Below, in pieces: positions 1 to 10,269 of a stretch of 40,590 nt of DNA. Source of the DNA: Acidimicrobiia bacterium (GTDB lineage Bacteria > Actinomycetota > Acidimicrobiia > Spongiisociales > JAENVV01); the NCBI GenBank assembly GCA_041577335.1, contig JBFGJH010000023.1, positions 1-40,590 on the forward strand, given 5' to 3'. The notes under the pieces are model-generated. The model did not search any database and was not told where the DNA came from. It worked only from the letters and a program-made list of their open reading frames with translations. A program made the position numbers and the translations under genes. The number at the start of each line of letters is the position of its first letter. The stretch's first letter is position 1.

Positions 1-297
1 GAGACGCCGGATGATCTGTTCGGTGACGCCGGGGGTGTAGTCGAAGTCGCGCCGGAGCAGCTTCCACTGCATGACGTCTGTGGCGGCGTACAGAGCCATC
101 ACCAGAGCCTCGCGGTCGGGGGAGCCGTGGGCGGGAAGCCATGGTGCGAAGACGTGTTCGATCCAGGCACGGTGCGCCGATCGACCCCGTGGCTCACGGG
201 CTTGCGCTTGGATTGTCTCCAGATCCGTCATGAACGCCATCACGACAGCCGGGATGACGGAGGGATCGTCCTCGAGCGGCTGGGATGCGAACTGCAT
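1..297 (-). CDS. Partial ORF (runs off window) resembling the C-terminal part of a TetR/AcrR-family regulator, without an HTH
   Basis: Not in the ORF track. ATG at 297 after AAGGAAGG; reads MQFASQPLED...GRSAHRAWIEHVFAPWLP...ALYAATDVMQWKLLRRDF. In-frame TAA at 306-304 prevents upstream extension. Confidence 0.5.
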   Translation of the reverse strand, partial: MQFASQPLEDDPSVIPAVVMAFMTDLETIQAQAREPRGRSAHRAWIEHVFAPWLPAHGSPDREALVMALYAATDVMQWKLLRRDFDYTPGVTEQIIRRL

Positions 298-486
298 CCT
301 TCCTTACTGCGCAAGTCATTCCATTTCGGTGGGCGGTGCCAACAGGACAGCAACCGGGCTATCCCGATGAACTCGTCGACAGCCTGGCCCGCTACCTGCG
401 GAGCCGCTTGATGGTTCGGAGCGAACCGCGTTCGTGGCTGTGAATGACCTGGGCTGGCGATCTGGTCTTTCGGGGACACTTGTCTA

Positions 487-532
487 CTCCCTCGACCTCG
501 CTACTTTGACTGGGTAGTCGAGGTCGAGGGAG
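487..532 (+). promoter_or_regulatory. Inverted repeat covering the Shine-Dalgarno sequence of the S8 protease gene
   Basis: ctccctcgacctcg-ctac (487-504) pairs with gtag-t-cgaggtcgagggag (514-532); the right arm contains GGGAG just upstream of ATG 536. Confidence 0.6.
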
Positions 533-535
533 AAG

Positions 536-2335
536 ATGATTCGCAGCGCGGCCCACGCCGTCCTGGTATCGGTCGTGATGGTGACCGGCCTCCTCGCAGG
601 CGGCGCCGGGGCACCAGTCGACGGGCCGCAGCAGTCCTACGTCGTGGTGCTCGACCGAGGTGCCCCGGACGTTCCGGCTGTGGCGGCCGAGCTGGCCCGG
701 ACCCATGGCGGTGATGTGGGATTCGTCTACGAGCACGCCATTCAGGGATTCTCGGTGACCATCTCCGCGCGAGGAGCGGCGGCGCTGGCCCGGAACCCGC
801 ACGTGGCCTATGTCGAGGAAGATATGCTGCGCTCGATCGATACCCAGACAACGCCGACGGGCATCGTTCGGATCTTTGCGGACACGAACGCCAATCTCGG
901 TATCGACTCGACGGACGACTACCGGGTCGACGTGGACGTGGCGGTCATCGACACGGGCGTCGACCTCGAGCACCCCGACCTCGACGTGGTCGGCGGCGTG
1001 AACTGCGCCAAGGGGGGACCGTTCGGGGGTAACTGTCAGCAGGGCGGCGACGACGATCACTACCACGGTACCCACGTGGCCGGCACGATCGCCGCCATCG
1101 ACGACGGAGTCGGGGTGGTCGGTGTGGCACCGGGCGCCCGCATCTGGGCGGTGAAGGTGCTGAACCAGCGGGGCTCCGGTTACACCTCGTGGATCGTGGC
1201 CGGCATCGACTGGGTGGCTGCCAACGCCGCAACCATCGAGGTCGCCAACATGAGCTTGGGCGGCGGCGGCTTCAACCAGGCCGAGTACGACGCCATCCAG
1301 GGGGCGGTGAACAAAGGCGTGGCGTTCGCGGTGGCCGCCGGCAACTCGAACGACGACGCCAACAACTACAGCCCGGCCGCCTTCGACAACGTGCTGACGG
1401 TGTCAGCTCTCGCCGACTTCGACGGCGCAATGGGCGGCAATGGCTCGCCGACCTGCCGGACGGACCAGGACGACACCCTGGCCGACTTCTCCAACTGGGG
1501 GAACGCAGTACAGATCGCTGCACCTGGGGTGTGCATTCTGTCGACCTTCCCGGTCGAGCAGGGCGAGTACGGGACGATCTCCGGCACCTCGATGGCTTCC
1601 CCCCACGCCGCCGGCGCCTTGGCGCTGCTGGCCAGCTCCAACAACCCGTCGAACGCCGCAGATGTCTCCGACCTGTACACCGCGGTGATCGACGCCGGGA
1701 ACTCCAACTGGACCGACGACTCCCTCGACGGGATCCAGGAGCCGCTGCTCGACGTCTCGAACACGGCGCTGTTCGTCCCTGCGCTGATAGCTGGCAATGG
1801 CGGCGGTACGACCGACGACCCACCGACGGTGTCGATCTCGAGTCCGGCCGACGGTGCCTCGTTCAGCTCGGGCGAGACGATCTCGTTCGCCGGGTCGGCG
1901 TCCGACGCCGAGGAAGGCGATTTGTCGGCCGACCTCGTCTGGACGTCGAATCTCGACGGCCAGATCGGCACCGGCGGCTCGTTGAACGCCGTGCTTTCGG
2001 ACGGGACTCACACGGTGCAGGCGTCGGCGACCGACTCGGGTGGGAACACGAGTTCCGACAGCATCAAGATCACGGTGGGTGGATCCTCCGGTGGGGGCGA
2101 TTTCACGCTTTCAGTCGACGCCTACAAAGTGCGCGGGACCCAGACCGCCGATCTCCGGTGGTACGGAGCGGCGTCGGACAATGTCGACGTCCTCAAAGAC
2201 GGCGTCTCCATAGCCACCACGGCCAATGACGGCTTCTACACCGACACCGGGAAGAAGGGCGGTGGCTCTGCCACGTACCAGGTGTGCGAGGCGGCGACGT
2301 CGACGTGCTCCAACGAGGTCACCGCCGGCTGGTGA
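536..2335 (+). CDS. Secreted S8 (subtilisin-like) serine protease with I9-type prodomain and C-terminal Ig-like/beta domains
   Basis: Signal peptide; catalytic motifs VAVIDTG, HGTHVAG, AAGN, GTSMASPH; PTVSISSPADG Ig-like module. Confidence 0.95.
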   Translation: MIRSAAHAVLVSVVMVTGLLAGGAGAPVDGPQQSYVVVLDRGAPDVPAVAAELARTHGGDVGFVYEHAIQGFSVTISARGAAALARNPHVAYVEEDMLRSIDTQTTPTGIVRIFADTNANLGIDSTDDYRVDVDVAVIDTGVDLEHPDLDVVGGVNCAKGGPFGGNCQQGGDDDHYHGTHVAGTIAAIDDGVGVVGVAPGARIWAVKVLNQRGSGYTSWIVAGIDWVAANAATIEVANMSLGGGGFNQAEYDAIQGAVNKGVAFAVAAGNSNDDANNYSPAAFDNVLTVSALADFDGAMGGNGSPTCRTDQDDTLADFSNWGNAVQIAAPGVCILSTFPVEQGEYGTISGTSMASPHAAGALALLASSNNPSNAADVSDLYTAVIDAGNSNWTDDSLDGIQEPLLDVSNTALFVPALIAGNGGGTTDDPPTVSISSPADGASFSSGETISFAGSASDAEEGDLSADLVWTSNLDGQIGTGGSLNAVLSDGTHTVQASATDSGGNTSSDSIKITVGGSSGGGDFTLSVDAYKVRGTQTADLRWYGAASDNVDVLKDGVSIATTANDGFYTDTGKKGGGSATYQVCEAATSTCSNEVTAGW

Positions 2336-3049
2336 TGCAGTGAGGAGAAGCAAGCCGAGGGCGAGCGAGAGAGATGGATGGGCTGGGCGCGCTCGGTGGC
2401 GAATTCGAACCGGGACACAGGGGATTAGGTCTGTGTCGATGGGATGGGCGATGGTTGTCTGGTCTGCCGGGCCACGAGAATCGAGTTGATCGACGAGCGG
2501 GGCCCGCAACTCCACTCGACAACATGACAACTGACCATGACCGGTGATGACCCATGTCTCGTCCGGCTCCTGCGGTCGACAACTTTCACTGGGCGCGTCC
2601 ACGCGGCACGTGCCGCGACGAAGCAGTGAGCCAGTCCCTGCAACTCCAGACAGCTCGGTCACGGAAGGTTCCGGCCCGAGCTGGGACCAAATTGAAACTT
2701 CGTCCACGTGAACCTTCACCGGCTTATCGCTAACGCTCTGAACGGCAGCCAATGCCGCTTCGGGGGCAAGACAGCTACGCCCCCCGGACGTCCTATGCAC
2801 GCTGACGCTTGCCTCGATGCGACCAGCGACGCCCGGATGATCGGCTGGATCAACCAAGCCGGTAGGTCCAACGGGTCGGGACAGTTGGTCATCCCTGTCG
2901 CCACCAGCATCAAGGTGCTTGTCGCCTACTGACACTTCCAAGGGTCAGGCACGACCGGCAGACGCGCGATCGATTCGCGGCTGTAGCCGTCGCATGTCGG
3001 TCCGCTAGGTCTGGGCAGATTTGCCCACCCACTCGATGTTGGCCGCGCT

Positions 3050-3481
3050 TCAACCGAGTTCGGCGGTCGGCTCGAGGAAGACGACTGGGATCTCACGGTC
3101 GGTGCGGGTCTGGTATTCCGCATATCCGTAGTACGCCGCCACGGCACGATTCCACCACCGGGCCCGTTCCTCACCGACCGCCGTCAGCGCAGTGACTCGA
3201 AGCCGGCGACCCGGAAGCTCGACGGCAGCCGCCGGCGCAGCCAGGAGGTTGAGGTACCACTCGGGATGCCGATCTCTGCCACCCCAGGATGCGAAGACGA
3301 CGAGGCGGCCGCTGTCTGTGAGATACAGCAGGGGGACGGTGTGGGGTTTCCCGGTGCGACGGCCGGTCGTTGTGAGCAGCAGCATGTCGTTGTCGACGAG
3401 GCGTTTGCCGATTCTGCCTGCGGTGGCTCGGAATATCGCCGCGTGGAGGCTGGAGAGTCGCCGGGCTGTGGCGTCCTTCAC
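3050..3481 (-). CDS. Deazaflavin (F420)-dependent nitroreductase family protein (DDN-like)
   Basis: LLLTTTGRRTGK, ASWGG..HPEWYLNL, Y..YQ.RT.REIPVV motifs; GTG at 3481 overlaps the typA stop (GTGA). Confidence 0.9.
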   Translation of the reverse strand: MKDATARRLSSLHAAIFRATAGRIGKRLVDNDMLLLTTTGRRTGKPHTVPLLYLTDSGRLVVFASWGGRDRHPEWYLNLLAAPAAAVELPGRRLRVTALTAVGEERARWWNRAVAAYYGYAEYQTRTDREIPVVFLEPTAELG

Positions 3482-5307
3482 GAGCGGCGCTTGGCGGCGA
3501 GTTTGCGCTCGCTCTCGGTGAGGTAGCGTTTGCGGATTCGTATGGCATCCGGCGTGACCTCGACCAGTTCGTCGTCGGCGATCCACTCGATCCCCGATTC
3601 GAGTGTGACGTCGCGGGGTGGCTTGAGCTTGATGGCCTCGTCGGCCTGGTGGGTGCGGATGTTGGTGAGCTGTTTGCCCTTCGCCGGGTTTACCTGCATC
3701 TCCTCGCCACGCGAGGCCTCGCCGATCACCATCCCTTCGTAGACCTCGATGCCCGGCCCGACGAACAGCTCCCCGCGCTTCTGCAGGTTGTCGAGGGCGA
3801 AGGCAGTGGACGTGCCGGCTCGGTCGGCGACGATCGCGCCCCCGGTCCGGTGCGGCAGCACGCCCGCCCACGGTATCCACCCGGCGTGATGCTGATGCAC
3901 GAGCGCGGTGCCTCGGGTTGCTGTCATGAGCAGCGAGCGGAAGCCGATCAGGCCGCGGGCCGGCGCCTCGATGGTGACGATGGTCCTGCCGGTGTCGCCC
4001 GGCCGCAGGTCGGTGACCTTGCCCTTGCGGGGCGCCGCCGCTTGGGTCACCGTGCCGACGTGCTCATCGGGCACGTCGACCACCGCACGCTCCAGTGGCT
4101 CGTGCGGGGACCCCTCGATCTCGCGGATGATCACCTCAGGACGGCTCACCTGAAGCTCGTAGCCCTCGCGGCGCATCGACTCGATGAGCACCGCGAGCTG
4201 CAGCTCGCCCCTACCCGCGACCTCGATGACCTCCGGTGACGACGTCGGCCCGACCCGGATCGACACGTTGCCGAGCACCTCGCGATCCAGCCGCTCCTTG
4301 ATCTGGCGAGACGTCAGGAAACGCCCTGAGCGCCCCGCCAGCGGCGACGTGTTCACGCCGAACGTCATGCGGAGCACCGGTTCGTCGACCTCGAGCCGGG
4401 GCAACGGCTTCGGGTCGATCGGATCGGCGAGCGTGTCACCGATCTCGACCTCCGGGAAGCCGGCAACGACGAACAGGTCTCCGGCTGCCCTTTCCTCAAC
4501 GTTCACCCTGTCCAGGCCGGAGAATCCGAGCAGATGGGCAAGGCGGCGCCGCAATGGAGGCTCCTCGTCTCTCGAGTGACACAGCGCGATCTGTTCGCCC
4601 GCCCGCAGTGTGCCCTCCACGACGCGTCCGATGGCGAGCCGGCCGAGATAGTCCGAGGCATCGAGGTTGGTGACCAAAGCTTGCAGTGGTGCGTTGGGGT
4701 TGCCGGCCGGTGCCGGGATCGTGGCCACGATCGTGTCGAGCAGCGGAGCCAGGTTGGCGTCGGGCCCGGGGACGCCGATGCCGGCGACGGCCCGCCCTTC
4801 GCGAGCGATCGTGGACACGATCGGGAACTCGATGTGCTCGTCGGAGGCCTCGAGGTCGAAGAACAGCTCGTAGATCTCATCGACGACATCCTCAGTACGG
4901 GCGTCGGCGCGGTCGACCTTGTTGACGACCACTACCGCGGGTAGCCCGAGCGCCAGGGCCTTGGACAGCACGTAGCGGGTTTGCGGCATCGGTCCGTCGG
5001 CGGCGTCGACGAGCAGCAACACGCCGTCGACCAGCGCCAGCGCCCGCTCGACCTCGCCGCCGAAGTCGGCGTGGCCGGGGGTGTCAACGAGGTTGATCCG
5101 CGTGCCCTGCCACTCGATGGCCGCCGCCTTGGCGATGATCGTGATGCCACGCTCGCGCTCCTGGTCGTTGGAGTCCATGACCCGGTCTACCCGTGCCTGA
5201 TGGGCGCGGAAGACTCCCGCGGCTTCGAGCATGGCATCGACCAGTGTGGTCTTGCCGTGGTCGACGTGCGCGATCAATGCGACGTTGCGGAAGGGAGCGC
5301 TCGACAT
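3478..5307 (-). CDS. typA: Translational GTPase TypA/BipA
   Basis: [43 protein letters not shown]-terminal [14 protein letters not shown]. Confidence 0.97.
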   Translation of the reverse strand: MSSAPFRNVALIAHVDHGKTTLVDAMLEAAGVFRAHQARVDRVMDSNDQERERGITIIAKAAAIEWQGTRINLVDTPGHADFGGEVERALALVDGVLLLVDAADGPMPQTRYVLSKALALGLPAVVVVNKVDRADARTEDVVDEIYELFFDLEASDEHIEFPIVSTIAREGRAVAGIGVPGPDANLAPLLDTIVATIPAPAGNPNAPLQALVTNLDASDYLGRLAIGRVVEGTLRAGEQIALCHSRDEEPPLRRRLAHLLGFSGLDRVNVEERAAGDLFVVAGFPEVEIGDTLADPIDPKPLPRLEVDEPVLRMTFGVNTSPLAGRSGRFLTSRQIKERLDREVLGNVSIRVGPTSSPEVIEVAGRGELQLAVLIESMRREGYELQVSRPEVIIREIEGSPHEPLERAVVDVPDEHVGTVTQAAAPRKGKVTDLRPGDTGRTIVTIEAPARGLIGFRSLLMTATRGTALVHQHHAGWIPWAGVLPHRTGGAIVADRAGTSTAFALDNLQKRGELFVGPGIEVYEGMVIGEASRGEEMQVNPAKGKQLTNIRTHQADEAIKLKPPRDVTLESGIEWIADDELVEVTPDAIRIRKRYLTESERKLAAKRRS

Positions 5308-5556
5308 GGCGGGAGGATGGTACCCGGTGCCGGCGCGTTTGGATTCGCGTCAACAGAAGTCAGCCAGTGCGCTCGACCGTGGCGTTGACGGCGAGCGACA
5401 CAACCAACGTCAGCACCAGGCGGCCCACGATCGACACCGAAAGGCGAGGGAGCGGCGCAGCAGCACCAGCACGAAGGTCGCCAGACGGCGCAGCGAGTCG
5501 ACAGCCGTCGGCTTGTTGCTCCCCGACCTGGGTTTGGTAGTCAGCCGCGACGGAGA

Positions 5557-6711
5557 TCACAGGAAGCGCAAGACGGCGTTCTGCGGCGCTTTTTGTTTGA
5601 AGGTGGCGTACCACGAACACAGCGGGAACAGGACCACCAACCCCAGGAACCAGTAGGGGACCATGGCGGGGATGGTGGTGCCGGCCGGGGTGAGCCACCG
5701 CCCGAGGATCGCATATAGGAATAGGTGCGAGACGTAGAAGAACAGGGGAGTGCGGCCAAACACCGCCAGCACCGACAACCCGCGTGAGGGGCGGTTGGTC
5801 AGCAAGACGAACGACCAGAGGATGATCAGATTGACACCCATCGCCAGCAACGTGAAGGTCATCGCCGGCGGGTATTTCACGACGTTGAGAAAGTCGATCC
5901 ACGAGTCCCCGGCCCGGGGTCGGATGTTGCCGAATCCGTTGGCCGCCCGGATCACAACGAAGGCCACGAGGAACACACCACCCAGCATCAGTGAACGTTT
6001 GTAGGCACGCTGGCGGTCCGCCACAATCCATTTGCCGAAGACCATTCCAAGCACGACCAGCTCGAGCCACGGCAGGATCGGATAGTTCGACCAGAAGCTG
6101 GCATCGCCGCCGCTGTAGCCAAAAATCAAGCCGAGTGGCTGGTCGAAGATCTGACCCCACTGATTTGCGTCCGGATGCGTGAACTCGATGCCGACGAATA
6201 GGGCGGTTGCCACCACCAACAGGTAGGCGGGTTTCAGCTGGAGAAGCAAGCTCCCGAGGATCATTCCGCCGCCCAGGGCGACGAGCACCCCTTGATAGAC
6301 CTGGGGGAAGGGCTCCGGACCCAGTTTCCACGCCTGATTCACGACCAGCAACTGCAGGGCGATCAGCAGCGTGCCGCGCACGACGAAGTGTCTGGTGATG
6401 GCCCACTCGCTCCAGCCTCGGCTCCGCCGCGACTGGGCAAACAGCACCATGCCGATGCCCATCAGGAACGTAAAGCCGGGGGCAGCCGGATGAGTCACGA
6501 GCCGTGCCAGGAATGGGACCGCACTTTCATATACGGGGAATGGGCCGCCCCAATGCTCGCCACCGCTGTGCTGCTGAGCGATGAAGAAGTTCGCGTGGTC
6601 GAACGCCATCAACACGATGATGAGCCCACGCAACGCATCCAGAGCCAGAACCCGCGCTGCTGGCTGCGCCGCACCTTCGCCGCTTCGATCGATGGCCGTG
6701 GCCGGTTTCAT
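5557..6711 (-). CDS. DUF1624 / heparan-alpha-glucosaminide N-acetyltransferase-like membrane protein
   Basis: LDALRGLIIVLMAFDH, RLVTH.AAPGF, KYPP motifs; many hydrophobic segments. Confidence 0.8.
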   Translation of the reverse strand: MKPATAIDRSGEGAAQPAARVLALDALRGLIIVLMAFDHANFFIAQQHSGGEHWGGPFPVYESAVPFLARLVTHPAAPGFTFLMGIGMVLFAQSRRSRGWSEWAITRHFVVRGTLLIALQLLVVNQAWKLGPEPFPQVYQGVLVALGGGMILGSLLLQLKPAYLLVVATALFVGIEFTHPDANQWGQIFDQPLGLIFGYSGGDASFWSNYPILPWLELVVLGMVFGKWIVADRQRAYKRSLMLGGVFLVAFVVIRAANGFGNIRPRAGDSWIDFLNVVKYPPAMTFTLLAMGVNLIILWSFVLLTNRPSRGLSVLAVFGRTPLFFYVSHLFLYAILGRWLTPAGTTIPAMVPYWFLGLVVLFPLCSWYATFKQKAPQNAVLRFL

Positions 6712-7161
6712 CTACCCGCACCGCCAGGTGGTCTCCCGAGCGTACGACCCCCCATCGCCCTGGAAGTAGGGCTGAATGCCCCTTCGGGCCACGCGTCGTG
6801 CGTTCCTCGCTGCCACCTATGTCAGGATGCGCTGGAATAGCTTCAGATCCGCGCGCACACGGCCGCGAGCCCTCTACCGAATCTCGAGCTCGCGCCACCG
6901 GACGGCTGCACGTTGAGCTGGTCGTGGGCACAGGGGAAGCGGCGACGGTCTCGACGGTGCGGCTGGCGTCCTAGGAGCTGGCGGGTCTCTGGCACCGGTG
7001 ACAGTGAGGCGCCCGGCGAATTCCATCCCGGAGGCCTAAACCTGCCGCCGTCGGATCGACGGCGGTGGGCGCTTGGCTACGCTGCGACTCCGGGCCGCAG
7101 GACGATGAAGGTTCGACGACCGGAGCTCAACGGTCGCAGCAGTAGGGGTGTTTGTCTGGTG

Positions 7162-9000
7162 ATGATCGACGTAGAGAAGGCGTTACGGCGGGCGGGACTG
7201 ACCAGCCCCGCGGTTCGAGAATATGTCCGGCAGTGGGCCGAGCACACCGGGGCAGCTCGGATCGAAGTGGTGAACGCCGCGGACGACGCCCGACTGATCC
7301 AGGAGTCGATCGAAACCGGCGAGATCCTCCCCGCCGGCGAGGGCCTGTTCTACTCCCGCAGCTACTTCAAGGACACGGCCCGCTCTGAGGAACGGACCAT
7401 CGTGGCAACCAGCTCTCCTGAAGATCGCGGTGTCTACAACAACTGGCGTCTCACCTCGGAGATCCGCCCAATCGTCGAAGGCCACATGAAGGGCGCCATG
7501 GCGGGCAAAACGATGTACGTCATTCCCTACCTCATGGCTCCCCTCGGGGCTCCTCTCGAGAAACACGGCGCAGGAGTCCAGCTCACCGATCACCGCACCG
7601 TCGTCCTGCACATGATCCGGATGACCCGGGTCGGCGTGGATCTGTTCAACCAGCTCGCCGATCCCGACACCTTCGTCCGAGCCGTTCACGTGACCGGCGA
7701 CCTGGAGAACCTCGGCCAGGGCACGCCCGAGGACAAACGCTATTTCGTCACGGTCGCCGATGAACGGACCATCCTCCACTTCGGCTCGTCGTACGGTGGC
7801 AACGCTTTGCTCGGGAAGATCGCCCATGGGCTGCGCCAGGCCGCCTACGACGGTTGGACCTCGGGGTTCCTCAGCGAGCAGTTCCTGCTCTTGGGGATCA
7901 CCGACAAGCAGACCGGCCGCACGTATCACATCTGCGGCGGATTCCCGAGCGCCTCCGGAAAGACCAACCTGGCGATGACGCTCGCCCCAGACGCCCTCGG
8001 AGAGAAGTATCACGTCTCGTTCTATGGCGACGACATCGCGTGGCTCTGGGTCGACCCCGACGATGGCCTCTTGTACGGCATGAATCCGGAATACGGCGTG
8101 TTCGGCGTCGCCATGGACACCAACGAGTACACCAACCCGACCGCTATGGAGGCTATCGCTCCCGGCACTCGAACCCTTTTCACCAACGTCGCCTACAACG
8201 ACGACACCAAAGAGATCTGGTGGGAGGGACGCACCGAGCTTCCGCCGGCTGACCCCACGGGCTGGCGGGACTGGAAGGGTCGTCTCGTCACCGACCGCGA
8301 TCCTGACGAGGCCGATGAGCCGTGGGCCCATCCGAACAGCCGATTCACGACCTCCATGTCGAACGTGCCCAACGTCGCCGCCGACTTCAACGCCCCCGAG
8401 GGAGTGCCGATCGACGCGATCATTTTCGGTGGCCGAACCCGGGACCGTGAGCCTCTGGTCAGGGCGATCACTGACCTGGCTGAGGGCGTCTACGACGGGC
8501 TGACCCTGGGTGCCGAGGCGACCTTCGCGGCCGAGGGGGTCGACGGCCAACTCCGGTACGACCCGATGTCGATGCGGCCTTTTATCTCCTATCCCGAGGG
8601 CCCGTATGCCGCCCACTGGCTCGAGGTGATCGGCGCGGCACGCGAACAGCCGATCTTCGCCCACGTCAACTGGTTCCAGTGTGACGACGATGGTCGGTTC
8701 CTGTGGCCCGGCTACCGCGAGAATCTCCGTGCCCTGGTATGGCTGATGCAGCTCAAGAACGGCGAGGTGGCCGGCCGGCAAACGCCGGTCGGCATCGTCC
8801 CGACCCAGGACGAGCTCGACCTGACCGGACTCGACCTCCCCCGGGGTGACCTCGACCGGCTGCTGACCATCGACGTCGAACGCTGGCGTCAGGAGATGGA
8901 GCGCAGACAAAGATACCTGGAGCAGTTCGACGCGCTGCCCGAGGAGATCTGGGCCGTCCACCGTCGCATCGCCGAGGCGTTGGAGTCGGAGCCCGACTGA
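7162..9000 (+). CDS. pckG: GTP-dependent phosphoenolpyruvate carboxykinase family protein (divergent metal-site motifs)
   Basis: TARSE, SYGGNALLGK, FPSASGKTNLAM, GDDIAW, HPNSRF, IIFGGR, DPMSMRPF, VNWF, WPGY. Start placed at ATG 7162 (or GTG 7159) rather than the ORF-track start. Confidence 0.85.
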   Translation: MIDVEKALRRAGLTSPAVREYVRQWAEHTGAARIEVVNAADDARLIQESIETGEILPAGEGLFYSRSYFKDTARSEERTIVATSSPEDRGVYNNWRLTSEIRPIVEGHMKGAMAGKTMYVIPYLMAPLGAPLEKHGAGVQLTDHRTVVLHMIRMTRVGVDLFNQLADPDTFVRAVHVTGDLENLGQGTPEDKRYFVTVADERTILHFGSSYGGNALLGKIAHGLRQAAYDGWTSGFLSEQFLLLGITDKQTGRTYHICGGFPSASGKTNLAMTLAPDALGEKYHVSFYGDDIAWLWVDPDDGLLYGMNPEYGVFGVAMDTNEYTNPTAMEAIAPGTRTLFTNVAYNDDTKEIWWEGRTELPPADPTGWRDWKGRLVTDRDPDEADEPWAHPNSRFTTSMSNVPNVAADFNAPEGVPIDAIIFGGRTRDREPLVRAITDLAEGVYDGLTLGAEATFAAEGVDGQLRYDPMSMRPFISYPEGPYAAHWLEVIGAAREQPIFAHVNWFQCDDDGRFLWPGYRENLRALVWLMQLKNGEVAGRQTPVGIVPTQDELDLTGLDLPRGDLDRLLTIDVERWRQEMERRQRYLEQFDALPEEIWAVHRRIAEALESEPD

Positions 9001-9296
9001 CAGCGGGGTCGCGGCATTGCACAAGGCGCTGCCTAGCCGTCGCCCGCGCCTACGTGCCGCCGACCACTTCCACAATCCCGCCAAGTTGCCGAGCTGCGAC
9101 CCCGGCCGGTGCTCGAGGCGGCCCAGCACGAGGACGAGGCCCTCGGGGTGGCGTGGCGAGACCGGATGCAGTTCCGACCCGGGTCTTCGTCGTTCTTTCC
9201 GCGTCTTCTGCCGAGCGAACCTGCCACAGAGGACTCGCTTCCAGGCTGCCGTCGCGGACCGGAACACGGGCTGGGACATGAGCGGGCTCGGAAGAG

Positions 9297-9452
9297 ATGT
9301 TTGTCGGTGCCTCGCTGGCCGGCCAGAAGGTACGCAAAACGGCCAGGATCTGTAGCGCTGCCGGTAGCGGAGAGATCCTCGCCAGCCGGGCGCTCATCGA
9401 ACAGGTCGATCTGGCGTCGGCGGGCTCGTCCTGCGCTCCATGTCGGTCATAA
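9297..9452 (+). pseudogene. Remnant resembling the C-terminal part of a class III adenylate/guanylate cyclase domain
   Basis: Reads LAGQKVRKTARICSAAGSGEILASRALIEQ, matching the G..V..AAR....A..GEIL.S cyclase motif; only 51 codons. Confidence 0.45.
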
Positions 9453-9883
9453 GGCGACCGGCGCTTCGCTGCTGACACGGTGCGGGACGCCGTTGAAGCC
9501 CTTCGACGGCAACGCCCGGCCCAGCAAGTGATGGCGGCGTTGGTCGATCTCCCGGCGAGCCGGAGGATATGTGGCTGGCGACGGCATCGGTCGATCTCTG
9601 ATAAGTGGATTCTGATGAGCCCTACCCTGGTGAGCCGGCGGCATACCTCCGGCGTTGCTCAGAGCGGCCCACCTGAGACGTTCGGTCCGGCATTCCCGTT
9701 CGTGTACCGAGCCGACGCCAGGCTTCGCCGGCGCCTACGTCCCGCGACCACACGACAACGGAGCTTGCGGAGTCGCCGCTACCGCCCGCGCAACCAATCG
9801 CTTTCGTCGCGCGTCATTCAGCTGGCCGATGGCGGCGACAGAGACGACCATGCGAGCATGCGGCCGGCACACCGGCGAGTCCA

Positions 9884-10138
9884 CTACCGACGCGGCGCGC
9901 GCGGCCGGGCCTCGTTGACCGTGAGCCTGCGACCGTTCCATTCGTGACCGTCGAGCTTCTCGATGGCCTTAGCTCCGGAGTTGGTGTCGGCTAGTTCGAC
10001 GAACCCGAATCCTCGCGACCGACCGGTGTCGCGATCGGTGATCACCGAAGCGGAGTCGACGGTGCCGTACTCGGAGAAGAGCGAACGAAGGTCAGCTTCC
10101 GTCGCGTCGAAAGGGAGATTCCCTACGTAGATGTTCAT
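9884..10138 (-). CDS. Single-domain RRM RNA-binding protein
   Basis: RNP2 IYVGNL, RNP1 RGFGFVEL, C-terminal LTVNEARPR; GAGAGG RBS. Confidence 0.95.
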   Translation of the reverse strand: MNIYVGNLPFDATEADLRSLFSEYGTVDSASVITDRDTGRSRGFGFVELADTNSGAKAIEKLDGHEWNGRRLTVNEARPRAPRR

Positions 10139-10260
10139 GGCCGTTGCCTCTCATCGATGGGAACACTGTTGTTCCCGGGTGCAGTTGTTCCGGAACCGAC
10201 GCTGCCACAGTCCAGTCCGGAGAAGGAGAGAAGCAAGCCGCCGCCGAAGCAGCCGAAACC

Positions 10261-10269
10261 ATCTTACCA
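10261..10269 (-). promoter_or_regulatory. Putative extended -10 promoter of the RRM gene
   Basis: Minus strand TGGTAAGAT (TGn-TAnnnT), about 120 nt upstream of the ATG. Confidence 0.4.

Noticed and set aside
2345..2357. 13-mer gagaagcaagccg also present near 10228-10240
   Set aside because: Only two copies in unrelated contexts; compatible with chance.
2708..2932. 74-aa ORF between the protease and the nitroreductase
   Set aside because: No RBS or recognisable motif; may be a remnant, but I cannot support a call.
7183..9279. 698-aa minus-strand ORF, and similar long shadow ORFs such as 10705-12303, 16264-17400 and 24198-25286
   Set aside because: They lie antisense to well-supported genes, have no motifs, and are expected in high-GC DNA.
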